Assembly (NCBI GenBank): GCA_900088475.1
Contig: FLMG01001956.1
Location: 1 to 64,000 of the forward strand
Direction of reading: 5' to 3'
Length of the DNA stretch: 64,000 bases
DNA from: Hyphochytrium catenoides
Taxonomy: Eukaryota; Protista; Hyphochytriomycota
A model generated the notes under the pieces. It had not been told where the DNA came from and did not search any database. It was given only the letters and a program-made list of their open reading frames with translations. A program made the position numbers and the translations under genes. Position 1 is the stretch's first letter. Every line of letters starts with the position of its first letter. This document shows positions 24,923-35,640 of this stretch, in pieces.

Positions 24923-27087
24923 ATGGGGAACACAGCTACCTCTTCTAGGATCTTGGAGGCTGGGACTAGTCGAGCCGAAGAGATAGACACTTCTGGGCGT
25001 GATGGCCGAACCAGAGTCCTCTCGATGACAATGGCAGGTAGAGAGGGCGGAAGCTTGCGATTGAGTTCCACATACACACAAAGTTGATATGCTCGCTATG
25101 TCGGTGTCGAGACTTCTTGTCCAGTCAGATAAATCACCCCTTCCTTCCTCTGGTCCCGTGGTGCAGACCTTCAAAACCAGCCATACATTATTCCTGGCAA
25201 CCGTGCCTACACCCCACAACAAATGCAAACTCTGTATCAGACAGGACACAGACCTGACATGGCCTTTTTGCCTTTCCAGAGTCGAATGGTAATCTCGGAT
25301 AGAGTTGAGGTCCTTGGAATGTACTAGCACTCCAGCTTAGTTTTCCTTTCCAAAGTCGCTCCGATCTTCTATGTCTCTTTGCTTGTCTTATTTATCTCTT
25401 TCTGTTTTATCTCCTCTCGCGTAGCTCCAGCACTTCTTTTTCTTCTCCCTTGGTGCTCCGTCCTTCAACCGTAAAACAATTCGCTTGTTCAGGCCTTATC
25501 TAAGGTCTAACTCAACGTTGAACCTCTAGGCCAGACAGCCTCCTGCCATGCAGCCCACTTTGACTATAAAGAATGAAGTCAACGTTTCTAAGAAGTCCGT
25601 TCAATTACATCCTGCAGAGAGTGTGGATGATAAAATAGGAGACAAGTAGGGCCATTACTCTCTTTTGGACTCCCCTGGCGGAGTTTTGGGCCTCACGTGC
25701 TCTTTCTTCATCACTTTTCTTTAGCCTATCCCTTTCATCAACCGCTTCGCCGACCGAGACTGACGCAAAAATGGCATTTGTGTCACACTAGATATTATCT
25801 CTCATTCGCCTTCGATACCAATAAACCCTGCCGTGTATCGTTATACTTTCAGGCAGAGGAGACAGTAAAGGACGGTCAGCTTCGGTAGGTGAAAGATTAT
25901 AAGCTCCTTATCTTATCTTTGTGCCTATGCATCGTCCGTTTTGCTTTCTAAAACCCCATGCGTGGGTCTATCCCCCTTCATCCACCCCTAGAAGACGCTT
26001 TTCACATCATTGACCAGCCCTCACGTAAACGCCTTCCTAAGTCCTTTCCAGTTTCTCTTCTGCAGTCTCTACCCCGGTGTTCTGGTACTTCACAGAGGGA
26101 ATGCAACAGACTTTTGACCAGCGACAGTGCCCGGAACTTCCTGCCCTAGACTTCACAGGACTTCAAGAAAATGAATTACTATATGACCTAGACTCCAAGC
26201 GCATACCCGTCGTTATCTATGTGGAAGCTCTTGCAGGTATTAAGACAAGAAAAAGTGTTGGGAGCTTCCACAGAGAGGGTTGACGCATTAGCGTGACGGG
26301 ATGTGAGGGCCCAAAGCGACTGTCAAGAGCACTCAACAAACAAGGGATGCGGTCTCAAATAGCAGCGCTGGGCTGCAAAAAGGAGACTAAGACTTAACAT
26401 CGAGCAGACGAAGCAGACCGAAAAGTCTTAGGATCTCAAGCCACATACCTCAACCTACTGCGAAGTCCTGGTGGACGACTTGTGGCCCAGGTAGCAAAGC
26501 AGAAAATTGCAGTAAGTGAACATGCTCTTCCCCTTACCTCTCGCCACTTCTCTCTCGCAGTGACGGACGTCCCGTTCCTGCAGAACTCTTTTTGTCCTGC
26601 CTCAAATAACCGCTTTTCTCAACAGGTGGATGGCCACTCTTATGAGCTGCAGGAGATCTACGGTCTAGATGCCAACGAGAAGGTTGACATGACCAACCCA
26701 GCGGGAAGTGACTGCGTGATTTGCTTTTCAGAAAAAAGGGATACAACGGTGCTCCCATGTCGGTAGGATATACATTCTCTTCCATCGTACAAGGTGTTCT
26801 TATGAAGCTGTGAACCTCACCACGTTTATCCCAGTCATATGTGCCTCTGTAGCTATTGCGCTCAACAGCTGCGAACGATCCGCACTGACGTCTTTCGCTG
26901 TCCCATCTGCCGGTGTTTGGTTGAGTCACTGCTGCAAATTCAGCCAGCAGAAGGGAAAAGTGGCCAGCAGACGGACTCAGATCCAGGGTGGCCAAGCACG
27001 GATTCTAAGGGTAATGAGAAAGGACGTTACCCGGTCCCAATGAATGCCAGCCCTCCTAGGCCTTCTGAGACCACCATGAGTCTTTGA
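24923..27087 (+). CDS. MGRN1/RNF157/LOG2-family RING E3 ubiquitin ligase
   Basis: MGNTATSS (myristoylation-type start), TIKNEVNVSKKSVQL, YYLSFAFDTNKPCRVSLYFQAEE, VAKQKIA|VDGHSYELQEIYGL and a C3HC4 RING DCVICFSEKRDTTVLPCR|HMCLCSYCAQQLR...CPICR. Confidence 0.9.
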
Positions 27088-27378
27088 ACAGCAGTGCTTT
27101 TGCCTGTGAACTAGTCCCTCCAAGTACCATTTGTCTTCTGTTTCCACCACCATGTTTTTTCTCTGTTATGTGCACCATGGCGAACTAGGCACATTTGTCT
27201 CTCCCTCCGTCCCATTCTTAATGACGCGTTGGCTTGCTATGCCATACTTTTGTTAGTACGTACATGGCGCGTCTCCACGTACGAAGTACTGAAATAACAC
27301 TAAATCAACAGGAAAAAGATTAGTAGGGACATCCAGCATGTATTATATTAGTCCAAGAAGTATAGCCTAGTATCACGC

Positions 27379-28807
27379 CTAGTATTGCGCCTTCTTTGCA
27401 GCCTCAAGAGCGAGAGCCTTCTCACGCTTCTCAAGACGTCTCTGAGTCTTCAGACCCATGACACCGCCGCCCCACTTGCGGTCAATGGAGTCATTGTACT
27501 GAGCCTTGAAGTTAGAAGCCAGAGTCTCAAGCTTGCTCTTGTCCTCCTTGGTAACGGCGGTGAGAGCAACAGCGGTGGCATTCTTCTTGTGGACCAGAGT
27601 ACCAAGGCGAGCCTTGCCCTTAACGATGCAGTATGGGACGCCCATCTTTCTGCACAGAGCAGGGAGCCAGACAACAAGCTCCACAGGGTCGACATCGTGG
27701 GCAATAACAACCAGCTTTGCCTTCTTGTTCTCAACAAGGTAGGTGATGTGGTTGAGGCCGTACTTCAGCACTGGAGGAGGAGCCGTGGAGGCATCCTTCT
27801 TCTGGGTCTTGTCGACGGCGGCGTTCTTGAGACGGTCCTTCTTCTCTGCCTTCGTCTCAGGCTTGTACTTGACCAGAAGCTTGAACAGGTCAGTCGCCTG
27901 GTTCTTGTCCAGAGCCTTGGAGAACTGGTTCAGCGCAGGAGGAACCTTAAGGCGCTGCTTCAAGATCTTGCGCTGGCGCTGGAGGCGGATGTACCTTGGC
28001 CATCTCACGAAGCGGGAGAGGTCGGTCTTGTGCTGTAAGCGCAAAAGGAGGAAAGCGAAGAAGACGGAGCATGAGCCACTCTGCCAAAGACGTTACTAAA
28101 GAGAAGTTAGTTGCAGGAGCTGCTGCCTCTCACTTCCGGAATGTTTCACATGTGTTGCATCGCCTGATGGCGATCACCCTCGTCACGTCCAACCAAAGAT
28201 GTCTCGCGCTTGGCTGAGACACAGTGGAACCACTGATTTGTATCATTGCGGGGTGGGAGACCGCTAGACGCACAACATGACACTGACTCTGTGTCCATCT
28301 GCCCGAGACTGCCGAATGGGAAGCTCTAGGGGTACAGAAGGGGTCGCACTCTGCCCAGGTTCAAGCTGAGTGGACCAAGAGGCTCAGGTCAAGCGGGTGG
28401 CATGGAAACGCTCACAAGTTTGTGTCATTGCGGAGTGAGGCAGCCGCTAGATGGAGAAGACGATGATTCGTCGCGACAATACTCGTCCCATAAAGGTCAG
28501 AATAGTGTATACGCGATACGTATGCAAACGTCTCCCATCCTGCTATTCTATCATTGCGGGCAGGATGTTCCACCCCGCTAGTAAGGAAGCTCATCGTACC
28601 CTAATGTCACCACCAACACGGAAGTTGCGTGGGGTGGAGGCGAAGAGAGGGCTTGGCTTCACAGCCTTCTTCTTGGGGGCCGCGGCGGGCGCCTTCTTCA
28701 CAACCTTCTTGGACGGCTACGAGAAAAGAACAGCAAGGACAGAGAAGGGTTATTACTTCCTCTCACTTTACAGACCAAAAGACAGCCTATAATCTCCTTA
28801 TTACCAT
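27379..28807 (-). CDS. RPL7A: 60S ribosomal protein eL8 (L7a), 257 aa
   Basis: Exons 28807-28805 (ATG only), 28716-28600 (PSKKVV...[10 protein letters not shown]) and 28032-27379 ([24 protein letters not shown]...[38 protein letters not shown]...KWGGGVMG). Confidence 0.98.
28093..28111 (-). promoter_or_regulatory. Putative alternative (unproductive) branch point and 3' splice site in RPL7A intron 2
   Basis: Sense ACUAAC-uucucuuu-AG|UAA. The AG is at 28097-28096, 63 nt upstream of the productive AG, and the UAA is in frame for this phase-0 intron. Confidence 0.55.
28241..28267 (-). promoter_or_regulatory. Intronic kink-turn-like RNA motif, copy C
   Basis: Sense RNA CUA-GCGG-ucucccacc-CCGC-AAU-GAUA(CAA). 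Confidence 0.6.
28423..28450 (-). promoter_or_regulatory. Intronic kink-turn-like RNA motif, copy B
   Basis: Sense RNA CUA-GCGG-cugccucacu-CCGC-AAU-GACA(CAA). Confidence 0.6.
28549..28581 (-). promoter_or_regulatory. Intronic kink-turn-like RNA motif, copy A
   Basis: Sense RNA CUA-GCGGG-guggaacauccug-CCCGC-AAU-GAUA(GAA), beginning 18 nt after the 5' splice site. Confidence 0.6.
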
Positions 28808-29553
28808 GGTGTCTGGCGTGATCTTCCAGTGCTGGATCTGGCAAGAACTTCAATTGTCCTTGTCCTTGAGCCTCAGCGGAGCGGTGCTTTCCAGCGCCCA
28901 GCGAGACAGCAGCAAAGCCATCAGTGGCGCGGTGGCGGCGGCCACTGAAGATGCCGCTGAGCCACCATCCATTCCTCATGCCACACCTCGTATGGAGGCT
29001 CTACAAATACGCAGTAATATTTAGGTGCAACTCTGACAATCACCCAAAGTTGTGGAAGACCACTACAGAGCCATTCTCGATCTGAAGGCTTGTATTCCCT
29101 GTAGGAGATAGCTATATACCGGATAACTGTTAGGCCTGTAAAACCCTTCTCAACATGGGTGGATGAAGATTTCTGGAAGATTTTTTATTGAAAAGTAGTT
29201 CCTCGAGATGGTTTTGCCGATTCTCTTTTTTGAAGGTTCTTCCCGCCGATACCATCGTCAGTAGCGCTAACATAGTATACTGGTGATCAAGAGGTCAATA
29301 GAAGGGTAAAGATCTGAAGCTGATGAGCGTTAGGGCCTCATGAAGAGTTAGCGCATATAATGGGATTGCGAGGGGCTATTGTGACGTATTTTGATGGTGC
29401 TCTAATAGTGCGTACAGTTAGGTGGGAGAGATGACCAGAACTTGCCGGATTCATAACGGAGACACTTGAACTAAACGAAGCGGGACTAGTCTCCATGATG
29501 CTTTAATTTAGCAGCAAAATAGCGTTAGCAGCATAGTGCGTACTTGTAAGGAA

Positions 29554-32500
29554 CTAGAATCGGTAGACGATGGTTGGCACTTTGCATGGTTCTTCGTTGT
29601 CATCGATGCAGCTAACTTGCAGCTGTACCAGCCTTGCATCGTCAGGCAGAACGACATCGATGACAGCCGCATAGCGCTCTCTGATCCAGTCAACTAGTCT
29701 CTCATCTAACTTGGAGTCATAAAGCTTCTGTAACTCTGGTTTCCATGGCTCTCTGTCGTATAGCATGTTACCGCTGACGGCTGCATAGCGCGAGTCTTCG
29801 GACGAGAGTTCAGCCGCCTTGTGAAATAGAAGCGAGACGCTAAGACCTGTCTTCGCCTTAAATCTATCCAAGAACTCCCTAAGGGTCACGTCTCCTTCGA
29901 TTAAAGTCTACGATGCAAGCTAGAGTCAGCAACCAACCTTGTTCACTAACGAGGAACTGAGTTAACAAGAAGAGAGACACGGAGAAAGGGTTGATGACCA
30001 AGGTGCCTCACTTCCTCTGCCTATATCTGTGCCTCGGCCCTCTCACCAGGCTTGGAATAGCGACAAATGTAGCAAGATGAGGCTGACCATAGGACCGAAG
30101 CTTTAAAGCGTAAGGCACCTTACCTTGTCCCACTTGGTGAACTTGGGTGGAATGCACCGCACCTCCGTCATTTCTATAGGATCATACTCGTCCTTAGCCT
30201 GCTCTGGTGGAGCTGGCTCTTGCATAAGGTAGAGGTTTAGTCCCAAGTTGTTTGACGAATCTTTATAAGCCTCTAGCTTCTTTTTCTGCAAGAGCTTCAG
30301 CAGCTGAAAGTGTCACGGCCAGGGGAGAAGAGGAGCCCATTATTAATATGTAGAGGCAGGAGTAAAGTTAGGAGAGAAAACCCTAACCTACGTTCTCAGG
30401 CCACAAGTGTAAACTGCGACAGGTGAACAGGAGTTGAAGGAAGGCAAGAAAGAACGAAAGACAGAGAAAGGGGGAACAAATCCCTATCGTGCTGGCAATA
30501 CTTCCGAGTGCTCACCTCCATCATCACCAGGCCGCACACTGAGGCGGTGGTGGTCGCAATGGCAGGGATGATCTTCCCTGCAATGAGCTTCACCCTGTGT
30601 CGAGGAACTTCTCTAATGCGGTAGTTCCATGCGCGCAGATTAGCTGCAGCAGTGATAAAGTCGATGTGGAAATTCAGGTCCTGATCCTTCTCAAAATCTG
30701 CTGCCTCAAAAGATAGGCCTACCGCCACAGGAGAGGGCAGAAGGGTCACGATGGAGCAGTAAGCGACAAGTTGCTGGAAAAAAGTAGCCAATGACAAAGT
30801 GACTGGCACATAGGTTTATCAAGAAAGACTCTATCAGAAAGTACCTGTGATAATCATGGAAGCAGGAGTCAAGAAGGCATAAGCAACGGACAAAGTGAGG
30901 TCCTACCATTGAGATTCAGTTGCTCTAGTTCCTTAACTAGATCCTTTAGCGCTTCGTTCTCGTCCACGCCGTCTCCTTTCTCGCCATCTCCTTCTTCTTC
31001 CTCTTCTTCGTCCACCTTGATTTTTTCACTTGACGGGATGAACGCCGGGGTATCCAGTTTTCCCAGGATAGAGGAGACGAACTCATGGCTCCTCCACGGG
31101 GAAGAGGGGGACACGAGTTCTACCTCGGGAGACGGTTGAAGGCCATAGGAGACAGCAAGGAGATTGGCAGTGGCAATAATAAGGTCCAAGTGCTCCTGCT
31201 GAGACAGATCGAATTCTGCTGCCTAGAGAACAGCACAGGAGTCTTGGTCAATGTGATGACCCTCATAAACATCCTCCAGCGCTCTACTATCGCATGCCCA
31301 TTCCTTTCCTATGGACGTAGCCTCTGGCCTTTTGTCCGGGGCGTAAGCTATTCGTCTTGAGTAGGTCCATGCTCTCCTCCAAGCACTCCCTTTTTGACAT
31401 ACCTGAGGAAACCTCTTTGCGCCTGTCCAAAACTTTTCTCCCTTAGAGTTGACATGGTTCTCAGGGAAGTTATGTATGAGCTGGAGGATTCGATCTCTGA
31501 AGAGTGAGTGGAACAAGACAAATGCCTCTTCAACACATCGCTCAAACGTGACGCCTCGGGCCAGACTTAGCGCCTTTTTAATTTGTTTCAAGCGATTAAG
31601 CTCTTGTGAGACTTGGGCTGCTCCTAGCGAGGGGTTTGGATTTTCGAATGTCTTCTGACGAACCTGTCAAGACGCGAGCGAACGTGCTGAGTCCATACGG
31701 CTACAAACTGAAATATCAGCATCACCAATGGAAAGACAAAGGGGAGAAAAGAAAGAAGAACACCTGAGGGGATAGAGAGTAAACGTTCATTACTCTAGGG
31801 AGCTAGTTACGGAGGAAGAAAGCATGGCTGCTAAGACAGACATGAATAGACAGACATGAATGGAAGGGCTCGAGGTTTTAGGACACGTAAGGCTTAAAGG
31901 CTATCAGCCGCGTAAGGCTTGGAGGCTATCAGCCGCGGAAGGAAATTTAGGTTCGTAGAGGCTAGAGGCAATTGTCACCTCTGTAAGGAATTCCTCAGGG
32001 TTCTCCACAAACTTCTTCGCGTCTCCAGGAGGAGCAACGAAGAGGTCTTCAAACTGGGCACGCGCCCATTCAATACAATGTTCGACTGCAAAGTGGCAGG
32101 CAATTGAAAGCAAGGGTCGTTGAGAAGGTGGTCCTTTTGCTAGCATAAAAATTGTACGGTGTCGCATGCCCCCATTTCTGATGTTTGCCTACTCAATCCT
32201 TCTTCAATAGATTCATGGTAAGGAGGTCTTACTTAAGCTGGGGAAGTTCCTCAAAGTGCACATGGGAATATTGTCGTCGGCTGCATCCTTGGGCCCGTCT
32301 GCATAGCTTTGGGTCATGTGGGGAATGATTACCTATACGTGACAAACTTAGTCCTCTACATAAGATGCTTTCTATACAGAAGTAAAAGCTAGCAGGACCG
32401 TTAGAGCGCTACCTGCGCCAAAGTACTACTGGGGTTTACGCGGTGCGAAAGGTTTGGGCCAAACTGCAAAAATGAATTACTACCTGCACGTTGCATTTAG

Positions 32501-35500
32501 TCCCGAGGGTTCCTGACTCCAGAAGTGGCTTTTCATAGAACACACAGCGACTGTCGACATAAAGGCGAGCCTTGACATTATCCAGCGCATTCGTGATGAA
32601 GTCCTGAGACATCCAGAAGGCTGCTCATGATACAGGGAAGAAAGGATCAGTATGGTTGGTAGCTCTCGCACCAGAAGAAATGCGATAGTACGAACAATTG
32701 CAAAAACGTCAATCATCGGGCGTAGTGCTTAATAAGGATAGTTGTACGAACAATCAGCATTTTGCAGGGGATAAGGGTACCCTCCCCACACCAAACATCG
32801 CAAACGCCACATAAGTATAAGAGCTTCTTTTTACCATCGTCGAAGATATTCTCTGTCTGTGGGCCCACGAAGTACTCCAAGGATTTCACTTTGATGTCCG
32901 AATTCATGCCCCTAACCGCTTCAGTCGCTGCCACACTCTTGGGCTGGCCCACATTGTGTTCCCTAAACAGGAACTGACGGTTCAAGTTGCTGACCTCAAT
33001 GCGGTCATTGTCAGTGCAGGTTATCAAGCCTTCAGATCCGCATGCGACCCCCAACATAGCAAAGTTCTGTGTCAGGATTGGAAGTTGATGTTGAGAAAAT
33101 GTCAGTAAGTGTGTACCGGTTAAATCGGTTCATACACGGAGAAAGAGCACTCCCGGCGAGGCTTACCTTCAAAAACTCGCATCCCAGAGCACCACAGCCA
33201 ACGAGGAAAGTTCTAGAGCTCTGCAGCTTCTCGACAAATCTTTCACCGTAAACGCTAATGAGGTGGTCATAACGGCTTCCCAGAGGCGTGGTCTCCTCAA
33301 CATTGTCAGGCGCGTCTGGCAGCACCTCAAGCCAATCCAGATGCAGCCATTGATAAAGAGGAGTATACTTCCCGGTAAACTTCACAATCTCCTACATTTA
33401 TAGCCAACCCATTAGCGCTAGAGAAGCTCAAAAGCTGAGCTATATGTCCTTCGTTCTTGTTCCTCATCCTAATGCTCGTGCTCTTGGTGTCGACACATCG
33501 AAGTATTTAATATCTATGTCATAACAACCCCCCTACCTTCACCAATGTACATCTCAGCTTCCTTGGTTCTAGACCCACGCGTTTGAAGGTGAATCTACTA
33601 ACCTGTGCAACGACCCCTCCAAAGAAGGCAGCAAGGGGCTGGAACTCTACCACCGCGAAAGCGGCGACCTGTTTTACAGTGTCTACATCGAGTTCCTCAA
33701 CCTTGAACGCATCTTCTCCCCCAGGAAGTGCTTTGGCGTAATTGATTACCTGAGTAGAAGGAGGGACAAGTTCACCGAAATGTAAATCAAAAAGTTTCAC
33801 ACGCAGGCGATAGAGCAGAACGCATGGCAAGCCTATCAGGCGGGGATACGTTATGGACCAAAGATTCCGACCGAGGTCGATAGCAGGAAGACATCACCAT
33901 ACAGCGAGACCAAGCCACTTAAACTCAGGCATGCTATTAACTGCAGCGTAGGGGCATACCTCCTGGACCTCTTCCTCGTGCCTAAGGTTAGGTAATCTGC
34001 CATATCTGGCTTGGAACTCCCAGAGCCCCTGAAGTGCCATATGAAGCTGTTCCGCCCGTCCAAACTTTGCGCCATCTGAAAAAATAAGACCATACTCTCC
34101 GGGAGGAATGGGCTGGCGGATGCACTCTTGCAGTGAGCGGAAGCTCTTCTCCACAGGTCGCTTTACTTGCGTAATCACCCCACCACCAACTATCCAGAGC
34201 AGCAAAGCAGCTGTGAGCAACACGTTGGCAACAACTAAAAACAACTCGTACCGTACGGAGAGTACCGCGAGGTGTCCCCGATCTTGAAAGAGAAAGGGTC
34301 AAAGACGTCCACTTCCTCTATTTTTCCTCCTTTCGACCTGCGCACTTTCTTTGTGTTGAAGCGGATCCTGAAAGGCCCACACTGGTTGATACTCTGGCCC
34401 TCATCATCGACCATGCCTTGAACATCACTATAGAGGACACGAGTTAGGCATATCGTTAAATGAATGACGCCCTGCTGTTGAGGAACCACTACAGCTTATG
34501 AGGGTCCCATCTGGCCATGAAAGATCCCCCTCATCGCTTAACCCTCACACCGCTATTTGACCTCAGGAGCAATCCCATTATATGTCTCACCTGATCTCCA
34601 CCCAACCGTCATGATCACTATCAGGCAGCTCATGCATCTTGCCATCTTCGTCTGCACCTATCAGCGTTACCACTCCTTCCTACACGCACTAAGTCAACCA
34701 ACATGCAGCCATCGAGCGATAAGTCTACGCACCTTATCATTACTAATGGAAGAAACAATTCTTGTGATAGGGTTCTCCCCAGTGGCGTCCTTGATGACAA
34801 AATGGGGGCCGAAGTCGGTGAAGACATAACCAAAGACGCCTGCAGCCAAAGAAGCAGATGGTGCAGCATACCCGGAGGCGTCAGGGTGGCCAGTACTTCC
34901 AAGAAGAGACGCCATATACCAAGCGCAGTGCCATAGTTAAGCTTACCCATGATGTCACTTGCAATGAAGCCAATGGCAGGATCCTGTTCTCTACAGAATT
35001 TGTCCCATCTAGTAAGGTCCTCACGCCTTCCATGCGTCCAAAGGACCACATTGTGCTGACGCACTAACTCTTCTGTTATGTCTCCCTTGTGCAAAGTCAC
35101 GCGCACAAGTTTGTTTAGCTCTTGCAGCTTCTGGTGGACGCACGTTGCGCGTGGCTTTCCCACGGAAGACTGATCCAGGAAAAAATTGGCTCCAAGGTCC
35201 TCGATAGCTACCTCCTCATCTATCGGATAAGGAGAAAATTGTCAGCTTCATTACTGCCTCACGCTTCTCACCAACATAAGTCATAGTCAGAGCAGTCCGC
35301 GACCGTCAAGGTTCTAGCAGCGGCGTGAAGCAGAGGTTGGGACACACCATCGTGTAAGGTAACCAAGCCCGGTCCAGCAAGAATGAGATTCTTCGCTGCT
35401 TCCACCCCCAGTCCCTTCAATCCTACAATAAGCACTCGGAGCCGTACAAGCTGCGTATGTATGGTTATTGGATTGACATACGGACAATCATCCCATAAAA

Positions 35501-35640
35501 ACCGAGATTACATCTACCTTTGCCATAGTCTCCATGCCGAAAGCGCCGATCTGGCGAGAGTACTTATCCATGAACGCAGCATCATGAGACAGGGATGTCC
35601 TCGGCGACATTGCCCCTGAAGGTCCATGAGGCGACTCCAT
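29554..35640 (-). CDS. UBA1: Ubiquitin-activating enzyme E1 (multi-exon)
   Basis: [62 protein letters not shown]...[14 protein letters not shown], catalytic [49 protein letters not shown]...[14 protein letters not shown] and a C-terminal UFD. Confidence 0.95.

Noticed and set aside
27385-28038. 217-aa antisense ORF over RPL7A
   Set aside because: Codon-aligned shadow of a highly biased ribosomal-protein gene; no domain features.
28497-28556. SECIS-like AUGA...GA hairpin
   Set aside because: It is intronic, the helix register does not give the UGAN/NGAN quartet, and no selenoprotein-like in-frame UGA was found in neighbouring genes.
28141-28599. Cluster of intronic snoRNAs in RPL7A (vertebrate RPL7A hosts U24/U36)
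   Set aside because: The AUGAYA elements lack the terminal GA of box C in all three copies. Copy C has no downstream CUGA, copy B would span only ~45 nt, and copy A starts within 20 nt of the 5' splice site. ANANNA follows each hairpin by only 4 nt, too close for an H/ACA pocket. Not fully excluded without snoscan/snoGPS and small-RNA data.
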